A DNA stretch of 64,000 nucleotides from Eledone cirrhosa (Eukaryota): positions 248,001 to 312,000 of the forward strand of contig OZ024753.1 in NCBI GenBank assembly GCA_964016885.1. Direction: 5' to 3'. Both the position numbers and the translations under genes were made by a program. How positions within the stretch are numbered: position 1 is the first letter of the stretch; every line of letters begins with the position of its first letter. Shown in pieces: positions 1-13,388 of this stretch. Under the pieces are notes generated by a model. It worked only from the letters and a program-made list of their open reading frames with translations. It searched no databases and was not told where the DNA came from.

Positions 1-570
1 GGGAGCTAGAACAACCCCCAAGCAGGACGTCACTGTGTGGTGCCAAAGGTCCTTCCACATCTAGAATGGAGGGACTAGCACCAAACTTTGGCATTGGGAG
101 CTGGAACAACCCCCAAGCAGGACGTCACTGTGTGGTGCCAAAGGTCCCGTCTTCCACATCTAGAATGGAGGGACTAGCACCAAACTTTGGCATTGGGAGC
201 TAGAACAACCCCCGAGCAGGACGTCACTGTGTGGTGCCAAAGGTCCCATCTTCCACATCTAGAATAAGGAGCAGATATTGCAATAGCCTCGGGTTCAAGC
301 GCCCTCAACTCTTCAACAAGCTGCCGAGGGATCTCAGAGATCTGCATGGTGTGGAGGTGGATGTTTTCAAGAAACATCTCAACACCCTGCTATCCAGGAT
401 CCCGGATGAGCCCACAGCAAGGCATGAAGGAAACCTAAGGGCAGCAGCAACGAACTCCCTCTTGCACCAGTGGCCAACCAATACAGGCTGGAGATAAATG
501 TGTACAACAAGGGCGGTGCCCCAGCATGGCCTCAGCCAGATGGCTGGAACAGGTAAAAGAGTAAAAGAAT
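1..570 (+). mobile_element. 3' end of a CR1-group LINE (ORF2 C-terminus and tail) with an internal ~95-99 bp tandem triplication at 1-262
   Basis: ORF ...PQLFNKLPRDLRD...IPDEPT...RAAATNSLLHQ; tail gtgccccagcatgg...gtaaaagagtaaaaga; repeat units start at 1, 96 and 195. Confidence 0.65.
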
Positions 571-744
571 ATATATATATATATATATACATATATATAC
601 AAGTGGTAGGATGCTGTCCTGAATAGGACCCGTCCAACCCTTGCAAGCAGGGAAAAGCGGACGTAAAATGATGATGATATATGTATATACATATATATAA
701 ATACATATATATATATATATATATACATATATGTATGTATGTAT

Positions 745-1547
745 ATAATAATAATAATAATGAATTATTGTGTAAAGTGCTCAGGTGCACTACAACTCGT
801 CAAAGGTGCATGTATAGTACATAGAATAATATACAAATGTCAGGGAAGTGAATAGTGTATGAGTCATGATATACATGTGTGTAAGTGTATGGAGGGGGAA
901 CATTAGGTGTAGTGTTGGCGAATCTCAGGAAGTATGGAGGTTTTAAAGGATGCAGTGTTTCGACAACTAACAACTGATCAAGGTAGTTTGTTCCACACTT
1001 CAGCAACTCTGAGCATGAAAAAATGTTTCCGAAAGTCATGGGAACTGTGCTGTTTTCTGACTTTGTGGGCATGCCCACGTGTGTTAGACACATGAAAATC
1101 AAAAAGGTACTCAGGGTTGTTGTTGGCAAGATGGTTAATAATTTTGTGGGTGTTTATCAAGTCAGTTGCCAGACGTCGGAGCTTCAATGTATCCATGCCC
1201 AGGGAAGCAAGGCATTCAGAGTATGGTAGATGCCTGATGGAGGGTATTTGCTTGGTTGCACGTCTCTGAACAGTTTCCAGGCAGTCAATGTTCTGAACTA
1301 GATAGGGGTTCCAGACTGGTGATGCAAATTCTAAGTGTGGCCGCACCATAGCTATATACAGCTTTAAATAGATAGCTGGAGAGCGGCTGACAAAGGTCTT
1401 GCTGTGTGATGCTAAGACATCCTCGGCCTTCTTAACAATTTTAGAGACGTGCTTCGTCCAACGCAAATCGCTGCTGACCGTAATGCCCAGGCCACGTTCA
1501 CAAGAAGACTTCTTGATATTAGTGTTGTGGAGGGAGTATGTGGACAC
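745..1547 (-). mobile_element. CR1-clade LINE 3' fragment (RT C-terminal region, 3'UTR, (ATT)n tail)
   Basis: RGLGITVSSDLRWTKHV...RPHLEFASPVWNP...LETVQRRATK...TRGH...RVAEVWNKLP. Confidence 0.85.
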
Positions 1548-4024
1548 ATATATATAATCATCATCATCATTTAACCTCTATCTTCCACGCTACATATATA
1601 TATATACATGCATATAAACACATATATGCTAATACATGTGTTGTTTCCTTGAGCAAGACACTTTATTTCACATTGCTCCAGTTTACTCAGCTGTAGAAAT
1701 GAGATGATAGGACTGGGGTCCATATCATTCCACTGCAAAGTGGTCGTGGAGGTGTCATGGCAAAAAAGCACCCAGCACTCACTGTAAATGAGGTTGGTGT
1801 TAGGAAGGGCATCCAGCTGTAGAAATCAAGCCAGAATCAGTTCCCGTCCCACCCTTGCAAGCAGGTAAAAGTGGACGTAAAATGATGATGATGATGATGA
1901 TGATATATAAATTAATAAAATTCCAATGAAGTGTCCAGTTATGTTTTGAAATCAATTTAATAGACTTTATCTGATCTCAAAATTTGTGCGAATATCTTCT
2001 ATTATAATTCCATTTAAATCTACGATACATTATCAGAATATAAATGAACCCCAGTACTTGACTGGTACTTCATTTTATTACACCCAGTTGAATGAAAGGT
2101 TGGAATTGAACACAACATATCTACGATAGAAATCATTAATATCTATATCATATTGGCTACTAATCATAGTTCTGTTCATTTCTTTCTCCGAGTATCCCCC
2201 CTGCGGTTATTTTTATTTTCATCCTTACGGGATCGATAAAATAAAGTACCAGTAATGCACTGAGCCGATTTAATCGACCCCCAAAATTACTGACCTTGTG
2301 CCTAGAGTAGAAATCATTATTCGGTAAATGAACTTATTGCGATCTGTTTGTCCATCCGTATAAACTATCAGTATTACACTATATTGAATCTGTATTACAT
2401 TGCAAAAGAAAAACAAATAAATTCTATTATGTTTCGGTTGTCCATCCATAATAATTTAGTGTATTGTTTCCCTACTTATGTTTAGCGTGTACATCCATAA
2501 TACCAAGTGGTATTTTTCTTCCCTTACATGTGAAATAATTCTTACTCTCTCCTTCCGTTTCTAAACCACATTAGTAGTTAAAAGTATGCCTATCATTCCA
2601 TATCTATTTATTTCTTCTAATGTAGTAAAAGATAAACACGAATGACTAAACTATTTACTGATTTTACACAGAATATATTGATTTTTCTTTAATGGGTACA
2701 AAATCCAGTTACTGTCGACTGACCTATAATAATTTGAACGAACATCTGAGCGTGAGAAATTGAACTCTCTGGAGTCACTCCTCCTATTGTCTTTGGACAT
2801 ATTTTAGCCAAGACTCATTGCTCAGCGCTTAGGGTGTTCAACTCACAATCATATAGCCGTAAGTTCGATTCCCTGTGGTGAGCTGTGTTCTTAAGCAAGA
2901 CGCTTTAGTTTACGTTGTCCACTCAGATAGGAAAAAGATGAATTATACCTCTTACTCAAAAGACTAGTCGTGTCATGCTGGATCTGTCTGAGAACTACAT
3001 TAAGGGTACGCGTGTCTGCAGAGTGCTCAGCCACTTGAAAGTTAATTTCATGAGCAAGCTGTTCCGTTGATCAAACAACTGGAACATTTTTTGCTGGAAC
3101 AGACGGAGATCCAACAGTCTAATCAACGCGGTTGCATGGCCTGCTAGAAATAGCAGTCAAATCATACCTTATCGTCTTATAAAAGGAAGGACATGCCCAC
3201 AAAGGAATACGTGGTCCTAGATTTACATAAAAAAATAATTATGGCTGGAACGCTTTTCAATCAGGGCCGACCTTGGGCTAAACTCTCTTACTACTAACCC
3301 TTGTATTAGTTGTTTGATCTTAAGCCAGACCCATGATAAACAAAACTCCAGTAATGACCGTCTCGTCCACTGTGTGGATGTTTTTTTAAAGGTGCAATTT
3401 GAATGGATTTAGTTGTTATATCTAACAAGTCATGGCTGGCGGCTCGCCTTACCAACGTACCAGGTGATCCTGACGGGGTCGCTTGGTTATTTCAGCGTCT
3501 TAGTCTCTCCATCATCCTTAGCAATGCTGCCAGTGTGTTGGCTTGCCTCAAAAATTATGAAAGGGAAACCCCAGAGCCCTTTGTTGGGATGTGTGGTCGA
3601 GTGTGCATGTTTTCTCCCACTATTTTTCCTTTCTGTGTGTCTGTTCTCAATCACATACACAAGTGGTTACCTATTTTAAACGATATGCACACAGAAATAC
3701 AGTATACCTATTCCAAACCAGATTCACACATGGTACTTATTTTAAACCAGATACAGTATTCCTGTATACAACCCCCCCCCCCCCCCCCACACACACACAA
3801 GGGGATACCCTATAATTGTTTCTACGTTAGGCACAAGGCCAGCAATTACCCAGTGCATTACTGGTACTTTATTTTATCGACCCCGTAAGGATGAAAGGCA
3901 AAGTCAACCTCAGCGAGATTTGAACTCAGATCGTAAAAGTATGTAACTATGCTGGAAAGCATGGCGTCTGACCCTCTACCGATACTGCCAATCCTATAAT
4001 ATACACAAAGCAGTTTATAATTCA

Positions 4025-4385
4025 CGGCAATCGAAAGGTTGTGAGTTCAATTCTCAGACCGGGTGATGTATTGTTTCCTTGAGCAAGACACTTTATTTCA
4101 CATTGCTCCAGTTTACTCAGCTGTAGAAATGAGATGATAGGGACTGGGGTTCCTATCATTCCACTGCAAAGTGGTCGTGGAGGTACCACGGCAAAAAAGC
4201 ACCCAGCCCACATTGTAAAGTGGACGTGAAGGTGCCACGGAAAAAAAGCACCCAGCACTTACTGTAAATGAGGTTGGTGTTAGGAAGGGCATCCAGCTGT
4301 AGAAATCAAGCCAGAATTAGTTCCCGTCCCACCCTTGCAAGCAGGAAAAGCGGACGTAAAATGATGATGATGATGATGATGATAA
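4025..4385 (+). mobile_element. 5'-truncated copy of the same SINE, inverted relative to 4970-5320
   Basis: Near-identical sequence on the opposite strand. Confidence 0.8.
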
Positions 4386-4529
4386 TGCTGCAAACAGTGA
4401 CATACTTCATTGCATCACTAAATTGAGGATAATCAGATTCTCTTGCAAGAGTTGTTATGCTCATCAGAAACAGAGTTTGATCCCACCTGCCACATCTGAT
4501 ACAGTTTTTAGGTGACACTGTCCCCGTGA

Positions 4530-4910
4530 GACATATACATATACACCAGGTCCAAACACAAAGGAACCAAACTCCTACTGTCTCTGTCGATCTCTCACTA
4601 TTACAAGCAAATGGGGGCCCACGCTCTGGCCTACCCAACAGACAATAGAGAAGACATTTCCCTGGAGGATGGTGAGGGAGATGTGTTGGAAGGGCCATTC
4701 CAGCTCACACCTGCTGGTAGCCAACTCTTGTGTCGATGGTGGTGAGTAGGGTGAGTGGCCCTAGGACACCAGAAGTCTCCACATCTACAGGCAGGCTCGA
4801 CTGCAAACCTGTCAAAGACCAACTGATAATTGGAGTTTACCCTCCTCAGATTAAAGTGTAGCAGAGCCTGGGTTAGTCACAGACTGCACCAGGTTGCCAC
4901 TCGAGAATGT
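4530..4910 (-). mobile_element. Decayed CRE-like 3' fragment
   Basis: DRFAVEP...gagacttctggtgtcctagggcc...gagctggaatggcccttcca; 3'UTR shared with 8325-8720 and 53090-53325. Confidence 0.6.
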
Positions 4911-4969
4911 ATCAAGGGTACTATTTTACTTAATTTTCAGGAAATGTCATATAATCACTTTAGTCGTCT

Positions 4970-5320
4970 ATCATCATCATCATCATTTCATTTTACGTCC
5001 GCTTTTTCCCTGCTTGCAAGGGTGGGACGGGAACTGATTTTTTGGCTTGATTTCTACAGCTGGATGCCCTTCCTAACACCAACCTCATTTACAGTGAGTG
5101 CTGGGTGCTTTTTTGCCGTGGCACCTCCACAACCACTTTGCAGTGGAATGATAGGGACCCCAGTCCCTATCATCTCATTTCTACAGCTGAGTAAACTGGA
5201 GCAATGTGAAATAAAGTGTCTTGCTCAAGGAAACAACACATCACCTGGTCTGAGAATTGAACTCACAACCTTTCGATTGCAAGGCCAATGCTCTAACCAC
5301 TAAGCCATGTGCCTCCATCT
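4970..5320 (-). mobile_element. Full-length tRNA-derived SINE with an RTE-type 3' tail and (ATG)n end
   Basis: A box TGGCTTAGTGG, B box GTTCAATTC, ccttgagcaagacactt core, tail ...ggaagggcatccagctgtagaaa...cggacgtaaaatg...(atg)n. Other copies or tails at 1636-1903, 4025-4385, 600-680, 16465-16635, 18610-18712, 29480-29630, 31400-31560, 32565-32800 and 44800-44940. Confidence 0.8.
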
Positions 5321-5500
5321 AACATAGCCATTATAATACTTTTTTGCAGTTGATATTTGAATTAATGTATAAATTACCTTTACAAAGTAATGTTAATTTG
5401 ACCTCATGGAGAGTAAATAAAAGAGATTATAATTTGTACATAGTTTTCCTTAATTCTTATTTAATAAACCGTCTTAGTTTTCTCATTTCTTCACATTTAA

Positions 5501-5702
5501 TCCTTTAGCATTTACATTACTCTATATATACTTATGTATTTTGTGGTAAATGCTTTATCTCACTTAATATCAATGAGATTTTGATGTTATTTATTTTGAG
5601 AACAATACCTTAACATCAGTATAAGTGACCAGTTACGGCCAGTTTAAACAGAAAAAGGTGAGAGAATTCTGGCCAGATGTGGTCGGTTTAAATGCTAAAG
5701 GG
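5501..5702. mobile_element. piggyBac-type MITE (~200 bp)
   Basis: TTAA-(t)CCTTTAGCATT...AATGCTAAAGGG-TTAA. Confidence 0.8.
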
Positions 5703-7461
5703 TTAAGTTTTTCTTTCGTACATATCCACTGAAAATGCTTTGTGGTATTCATTAACTTTGCTTTTCATCCTTTTGTGTTGATAAAGTACCAGCCCACTAC
5801 TGGGGTTGATTCTTCTTTCTTTCTGCCTAGGAGAAATCAGCTATGGTTAAATCTGGAGAGGGATGGGTACCATCGGGCTTCAAATGCCTAATAATAATGC
5901 ATGAATAAGTAAACTGTTAATATGAATATATATATTCAGTTGTAACTACATCAAATGCTGAAGTGACTTCATCTAAGAAAGATCTGTATTCAGACTGTTT
6001 GGTGCACAAAATTGTATCATCCACAGAGACTTTCAGCCAAGTTTCAAAAGACATTCTCTCTCCCAATAGGATCCAGTCTATAACACATTCTGACAGCAAG
6101 AGATCTGTGAGAATCCCCACTCATGCCTGTGTAGTTATTTCTGGCACTACACCTGAATAGTGGAGTTTCCATCCTCCATCCAAATCCATGGTACCAGAGC
6201 AACTTTGTTGATGAAACCCTGACTAGATCTAGCCTCCTCCACTAGTTCTTGCTCCTTACTTGTACGGGTTGTAATATTCCAGTTGCCATTTATTCAAGTT
6301 TACTCTTTCTGGAGTCTCGGGATACACAATCTTTGTGTATCCATCCCACCCCTCTCATGATAGGCTGTAGGTTCATCGCTAATTTTTATGACATTGGATG
6401 GAGACTGCAATATATTTTTTTAACCCCCCCCCCCCCTACTTAAGGCCTAAAGGCATCTCTTTGTTACCCCCATGCAAAGGACGATGCTTTTATAGCATCT
6501 GAACACACTGCAGTTTTTAGTGATCTTATTGATGCCAGTCACAATTTGGGTAATTTTCTCAGATCCATAAAGATTTGGCTTCTTTTTTTTTAGAGGTAGC
6601 CTATACTCACCTCATCATAGATACATCACTAGGGTGTGGGAGTTTTCTTGGAAGCTAACAGTGTCACCCATTGCCTCTAGTAGCTTACAGCTGTTTAGTC
6701 TGGGGGCTGCTTATATCAAAACTAACCATCATATCTGGTTGCTGTACTGCTATCCACCATCTGTGACCCATTCTCTAACAGACAGTTCTGCCAACCATTT
6801 TTATGGAGACAAGCTGACAATATCCACATAAAATTATCTTCTGTCAACATAAAGAAGTCAGGAAGTCACGATAAATTTAGTAAACCAGATGAAACAGTGG
6901 GACAGATCCATCAAACCAGGATGTATGGTAAGCATATATATATATATATATAATAAAATATATCATCATCATTTAATGTCCGTTTTCCCAGCTAGCAAGT
7001 ACATTTTGATTCAAATTAAATTCCTTAGTTGTCTATCTGTCTTAAGTCAGATAGGCCTGACACTAGAGTACTTGAGATATTTTATGTAACCTTAGAAACA
7101 TTCACACACATACATATACTAACAATTAGATATGAACACACTCACATTATCATGCACATACATCAGAAGCTAGATCCGTGAGTATCCACTCCTCTTCAAA
7201 TAGTATTTGTTGCCATATATTTAGGTGGCAATGGGAAATATATAGTCCATGTAAGGAACTAGTATAATATCTGAAGAACAGTCATTGCCATTTGTGACCC
7301 AAGTCACCATATCCAGTGGTATGTAAACTGTTCTACTTAAGGTAGTAGAAGGGAAAGTATGAGGATATTTGGATAAGAGAAGAAATGGGAGGAGGAGGGT
7401 GAGGAAAATGGGTCATCTGGTGGAATGTGTCAGGGAGAAATAAATAATCTATTTGGGGAGA

Positions 7462-7762
7462 AGGACTGGCTCTGGATTATAGTGACCTTGTGTATATGTT
7501 GTTTAAGCCCATAAAAATATCCTTGTTACAGCAGACATATAATCAAAGATATTTCAGCTCTGAACATTCTGTGTTTTATTCAGACCGTGTATCTTAAAAA
7601 ATACAGACACTTAGGATAATGTGGTCTTAAGATACACGGTCTGAATAAAACACAGAATGTTCAGAGCTGAAATATCTTTGATTATATGTCTGCTGTAACA
7701 AGGATATTTTTGTGGGCTTAAACAACATATACACAAGGTCACTATAATCCAGAGCCAGTCCT
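7462..7762. repeat. Inverted duplication: 136-bp arms (7462-7597 and 7627-7762) with a 29-nt spacer
   Basis: Arms are reverse complements with a single mismatch by eye. Confidence 0.92.
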
Positions 7763-8324
7763 AAGTGTCTGTATTTTTTAAGAAAGTAGTGAGTGGCTGC
7801 TATTTCATCCTGGTTGAGCAATCTAATAACATTTCCATAGCTTTTATAGTCCTTTTGGGACAAGCGGAAGTTATTTAGCCCCACTCAAGTCAGCTCTGAT
7901 CGAACAAACCTATGATAAAAAAACGTTTCAAATATGATCAGTCTATCACCTTTTTCCAAGTAAAGTATATCAAGGACTTCATTATCCAATTTTATTGCGT
8001 TTTGTAAGTAGGGTATGATCTGCGTTTAACAACCATATAGAAGTGTCTTCATTGGCGTAAGTGGTTAATATTCTTTAGAACTATTAAATATTCATGTATT
8101 TTCCCATTATCTTGACAGAAAAATTGTAGTATTGGCAAAAAATTGGGTAAAACATTTACAATATCAATTGTTCAGCCCAAGGCCAGCTCTGATCCAGCAG
8201 ACCTATGATCAAAGAGGTTCTAGTCATGACCATCCCATCTTTTTGTATCACAGCAATTGTACTGTCTAACTGCATCTTCCTTTTATAAGAGAGTAGGGTG
8301 TGATTTTAAAACAATTCTCCAGTG

Positions 8325-8720
8325 GCAACTTAGTGGTCTGCGACTAGCCTGGGCTCTGCTGTATTTCAGGCCGAGGAGGGTAAGCTCACTAACAGATTTG
8401 CGGTTGAGCCTGTAGCAATGGAGACTTCTGGTATCTTTGACCCTAGGGCCACCTTCCTACACACCACCATCAGCACAGAGTTAGCTAACCACATGTGTGA
8501 GCCCCATGAGCTGGAATGGCTCTTCCAGCGTGTTTACCTTGCCATCCTCCGGGGAAATGCCATCTCTATTCTGACCATGGGGCAGCCAGTGTGAAGGTCC
8601 CCATTTTCTCACAATAGTGAGAGATGGGGAAAGCAGGAGAGATGGAGGCAGTGACAGTGGGAATTTGGTTCCTTCATGTTCAGACCTGGTGTATATATGT
8701 GTTCCACAGACACACATTCT
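8325..8720 (+). mobile_element. Decayed CRE-like 3' fragment
   Basis: ggagacttctggt...gagctggaatggctcttccagcgtgtttaccttgcc matches 55670-55830. Confidence 0.65.
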
Positions 8721-9109
8721 ATTGACTCATTCATTGGTCTTCTACTTATATTCTAGCAAGTCAATCTACAGCACAGAGGCTCCATTATTGGCTCATATAT
8801 TCTAGCAAGTCAATCTACAGCACAGAGGCTCAGCATTTACCAGGTGTGTGGGAGGTGGATGACATGGTTTCAGTAATATGACAGCCAGTATCTGGCTAGC
8901 AAGCAAGTTTACAGAAGCAGAAACTGTTGAAGTCTGGTGAGTTATGAGTGACAAAGTTATGCAGTGAGGATAGTGGTTGTACAGTAATAGTGAGTGAAGA
9001 TTTGCACATATAGGTAAATGGCCACTTTTTAGATGGGTATCACTTTGAAGGGTGTGTGCTCACCAATATGTATATGTGCTGGTATGCTTGTATAATTGTG
9101 TTTATATTT

Positions 9110-9868
9110 GATAATAATAATAATAATAATGAAATTATTGTGTACAGTGCTCAAGTGCACTACAACTCGTCAAGGGTGCATGTATAGTACATAGAATAAT
9201 ATACAAATGTCAGGGAAGTGAATAGTGTATGAGTCATGATATACATGTGTGCGTGTGTATGGAGGGAGAATATTAGGTGTAGTGTTGGCGAATCTCAGGA
9301 AGCATGGAGGTTTTAAAGGATGCAGTGTCTCGACAGCTAACAACTGATCAAGGTAGTTTGTTCCACACTTCAGCAACTCTGAGAATGAAAAAATGTTTCC
9401 GAAAGTCATGTGAGCTGTGCTGTTTTCTGACTTTGTGGGCATGCCCACGTGTGTTAGACACATGGAAATCAAAATGGTACTCAGGGTTGTTGTTGGCAAG
9501 ATGGTTAATAATTTTGTGGGTGTTTACCAAGTTAGTCGCCAGACGTCGGAGCTTCAATGTATCCATGCCCAGGGAAGCAAGGCATTCAGAGTATGGTAGA
9601 TGTCTGATGGAGGGTATTCGCTTGGTTGCACGTCTCTGAACAGTTTCCAGGCGGTCAATGTTCTGAACAAGATAGGTGTTCCAGGCTGGTGATGCAAATT
9701 CTAAGTGTGGCCGCACCATAGACATGTACAGCTTTAAATAGATAGCTGGAGAGCGGCTGACAAAGGTCTTGCTATGTGATGCTAACACACCCTCGGCCTT
9801 CTTGACAATTTTAGAGACGTGCTTCGTCCAACGCAAATCGTTGCTGACCGTAATGCCCAGGTCACGTT
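9110..9868 (-). mobile_element. Second, highly similar copy of the same CR1 LINE 3' fragment
   Basis: Near-identical to 745-1500, with the same (ATT)n tail. Confidence 0.85.
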
Positions 9869-10492
9869 CATATGGTTACATCTAATGTCACTAGAATATT
9901 GAGCTGGGTTAATCCATGCAATTGAATAATTAAATGATACCTATGAACATGGCCAAAACTGACCCTCATCTTAGGAAACAACACCACCCATTTTAAAGAA
10001 TTCCTATTTAAATCAAAATCTTCCAACATTTTAAATAAAAACGTTATATTAATTTTACTACTTGAAATAATTGTTTCTACTTTTGGCACAAGGCCAGCAA
10101 TTACCCAGTACATTACTGGTACTTTATTTTATCGACCCTGTAAAGATGAAAGGCAAAGTTAACCTCAATGGGATTTGAACCGTAAAGGGATGTAACTATG
10201 CTGATGTCCGACCCTTTACCGATACTGCCAATTCACTGCCCTTCTACTTGAAATAATTGTTTCTACTTTAGGCATAAGGCCAACAAATACCCAGTGTATT
10301 ACTGGTACTTTATTCTACTTGAAATAATGACTAATTTTAGTAAATCCCTAAAAGATTAGTATATTCCATTAGGGATATGATCACAAAAGGGTTAAAGTTT
10401 AGAAAGATGTTCAAGAGATGAAGTGACCCACAATAATACTATGGCTACTATCAAATTCCTATAGAGTAAAATGACAAACAGATAATGTTTAG

Positions 10493-10690
10493 CCCTTTAG
10501 CATTTAAACCAGCCATATCTGGTCAGAATTCTCTCACCTCTTTCCATTCAAACCAGCCACTCATACTAATGTTAAGGTATTGTTCTCAAAATAAATAATA
10601 TCAAAATCTCATAGCTTCGATATTATATGAGATAAAGTTTTTATCATGAAAATACAAAAGTAAATATAGTGTAATGTAAATGCTAAAGGG
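10493..10690. mobile_element. piggyBac-type MITE
   Basis: CCCTTTAGCATT TIRs, TTAA at the right end. Confidence 0.8.
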
Positions 10691-11118
10691 TTAATGGAAC
10701 AAAGATTGAGGTGTGAACAATAAATAGTGTAACAGTAAGCTATAAACCACAGTCACCACCTACACTATTAACTCTGATGAGTCAGCCAAGTGCCAGCTGT
10801 AGTGTGATGTAGAAATATATTGTAAACATTGTGAAATACTGCAGTATGCTACTTTCTATACACTGCAACTAGCCAATGTCTCTATGACCATTACTCATAA
10901 ACGAACCTCTATATGGTTGCTTAACCTGCTAGAAATAGCCACAGCGTTCCCCTTTCATCACGCCTTACTGGATGGAGTTGTCCTGGGTGGTGTGAAAATA
11001 AGATGGTATGGTCATGGTTTTTGAACAGCAGTCTGCATGGTGAGGACCTGGTGCCAGCCACCCTGGCTGTCCCCTTCTTCTATATATATATATAAATTTA
11101 AGTAACTTCCGCCTATCT

Positions 11119-11228
11119 GTCACACACTAGAGATGACTGAGGAAGTGAGGGGTGATGACGTCACACACTAGAGATGACTGAGGAAGTAAGGGGTGATGAC
11201 GTCACACACTAGAGATGGTTGAGGAAGG
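11119..11228. repeat. 41-bp tandem repeat, about 2.6 copies
   Basis: gtcacacactagagatg... starts at 11119, 11160 and 11201. Confidence 0.85.
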
Positions 11229-11800
11229 AAGGTGTGATGGCAAACTTCAGAAAACATCTAACCTTCACTACACTTGTTTTATTTTATTAACTCACGAGAA
11301 CTGATGCCCAATGAGTTGTTTATTTAAAATTTAAATTGATTGTATTCAAAAGTCTCGTTTCTCATATAACAATAAAAGGTCTGCTGTTATTTTCTTCCAC
11401 AAATCTGATTCACTCTACCTAATGTCCACCACCAACCGGATGTGAATGCTTTGACAATCGCATTACTACATTTATCTGTGGTTAATACAAATTATTGTTA
11501 GGTATAGTCAACACTCGTGATTAAATTTAGCTTGTGTAATTTTCCATGATTATTCTTTTATGGCCTTCGTCCGGCCCGCTATCCGTCATTAATACTCGAT
11601 CTGGCCCATGGAGGCAAAGAAGTTGCCGACCCCTGATCTATAAGAGCCATGCCTGTCAGTTCGTCCATCATGCTCTCTATATAGAGTGAAGGAAATACTA
11701 CTCAACCCCCTCTCTAAAATGTAACATCTGAACGAACGAAAATATGGAGCTTTTTTTTGTTGTTTGTGTTTCTGTATGTCCTTCAATATATAGACAACAC

Positions 11801-11981
11801 GGTGATTTGGCAGTATCGGTAGAAGGCCGGACGCCATGCTTTCCAGCATAGTTACGTCCCTTTACGATCTGAGTTCAAATCCCGTCGAGGTTAACTTTGC
11901 CTTTCATCCTTACGGGGTCGATAAAATAAAGTACCAGTAATGCACTGGGTAATTGCTGGCCTTGTGCCAAACGTAGAAACA
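11801..11981 (+). mobile_element. Second-family SINE copy with 16-bp TSD
   Basis: Flanked by AATATATAGACAACAC at 11785-11800 and 11982-11997. Confidence 0.85.
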
Positions 11982-12329
11982 AATATATAGACAACACAAC
12001 AGACTTACTATAAAAAGGTTGTTGTTGTTATTGAGAGAAATAAAGTGTATCAAAGATAAATAGATAGGTAGTGTTGTCACTTGAAAACGTAAGAATGGGG
12101 GGGGGGGGGGTCTGTATGACCTAAGGAAAATCCAGACTACAACTAAGTTAATTATAAGGACAAGTAAAGTCGACGTGATAACTTAGAATGTGAAAGGGAA
12201 GTAACTCTGCTGGTTCAGCCATTTTACAACTCAAAATTACAAACAAATATATAAAATGTTAAACAGTAAGCCACATTTCTTCTTCAAAAGCATTAATAGT
12301 TCTTACTACAAGCTGGCAAAGGTAGAATC

Positions 12330-12690
12330 ATGTTCCTTCACCATCTCCTGTGAGCTTGAGCGATTTGAGATCAGGTCTTCCTCTACTGAGATTAATTGGC
12401 ACTTCCTCACCCAGCGATCATCATCCATACCAGCGCAGTTATCTCTCCTGCCCACAACATCCAGTTCCTCCATGCTTTCTCATTCACACAATATTGCACA
12501 TCCATCGAAGCACGTTTGCTCCATTTCTCTCTAACCACTGTGTATCCTCTGCATTCATTGTCCAGGTGTTACTAACATGCCACATCATGGACTATAAAAA
12601 TTTCCTTGATAGCCTCCAGTATTTATATCTGAAGTAACCATCTTGCTTCTAAATGATAGGCATAGCATCCCAGATACGTGAACAGTAATC
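12330..12690 (-). mobile_element. Decayed RTE LINE fragment
   Basis: Minus-strand TWTMNAEDTQWLERNGANVLRWMCN resembles [26 protein letters not shown] of the 20703 ORF. Confidence 0.55.
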
Positions 12691-13192
12691 TGTAGTGGAA
12701 TAAATTAGGTATTGTAGTGAGTCAACAACCAATGCATTATCATTTTACATCCATTGTTCCATACTTGCATGGGTTGCACTATACCGAAAATGTATGTTGA
12801 ATTTAAAGAGAAATAAAATTTTCTTGAAAGAAATTTATCAATGTTAATAAACTTCTCAAGGCAACACAGTAGCTTCACCTGTTAGAAATAGCAGTCATTT
12901 TTTTTTTAAAAATCACATCTTGCCATCAAGTAAAAAAAAGGAAGCATTAAAAAATGTGGTTGTAGGTACCCCTAAATAGACAAGAAGCATAGAGCTTTTG
13001 TATATATTTTTGTTATTTATCTGTTTAATTTATGAGTAGAAACATACATTATCGATAAAATAACAGCCATCTGATAATGATAATAAATTACCTACATAAA
13101 AAAAATACACTATTCATAATGATTAATCCTCTCACTGTTGTACAATGTGAAGATGGGAAATATCTATAAGGTGCTGATGTAATATTGTCGTC

Positions 13193-13388
13193 CACTTTAG
13201 CATTTTCATTACTCTATATATACTATTGTATTTTCACAGTAAAGACTTTACCTCACATAATATCGAATACGAGATTTTGATACTATTTATTTTGAGAATA
13301 ATACCGTAACATAAGAATGATCAGCCAGTTTGAACAGAAAGAGGTGAGAGAATTCTGGCTGGAAACGTCTGGTTTAAATGCTAAAGGA
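13193..13388. mobile_element. piggyBac-type MITE
   Basis: Degenerate TIRs, same internal consensus. Confidence 0.7.

Noticed and set aside
305-790. Short ORFs rich in YIYI, CVCV or SLSL here and elsewhere (for example 49992, 56428, 59552, 62515, 63257)
   Set aside because: Translations of microsatellites or antisense TE sequence, not genes.
5247-5318. tRNA gene
   Set aside because: A/B boxes are the head of a multicopy SINE followed by SINE core and tail; the same applies at about 11805-11890 and 60700-60785.
12620-12689. Constitutive last ODC exon at the 12689 acceptor
   Set aside because: Splicing directly from coding exon 9 gives an immediate TGA, the sequence is RTE-derived, and the 15794 exon fits better.
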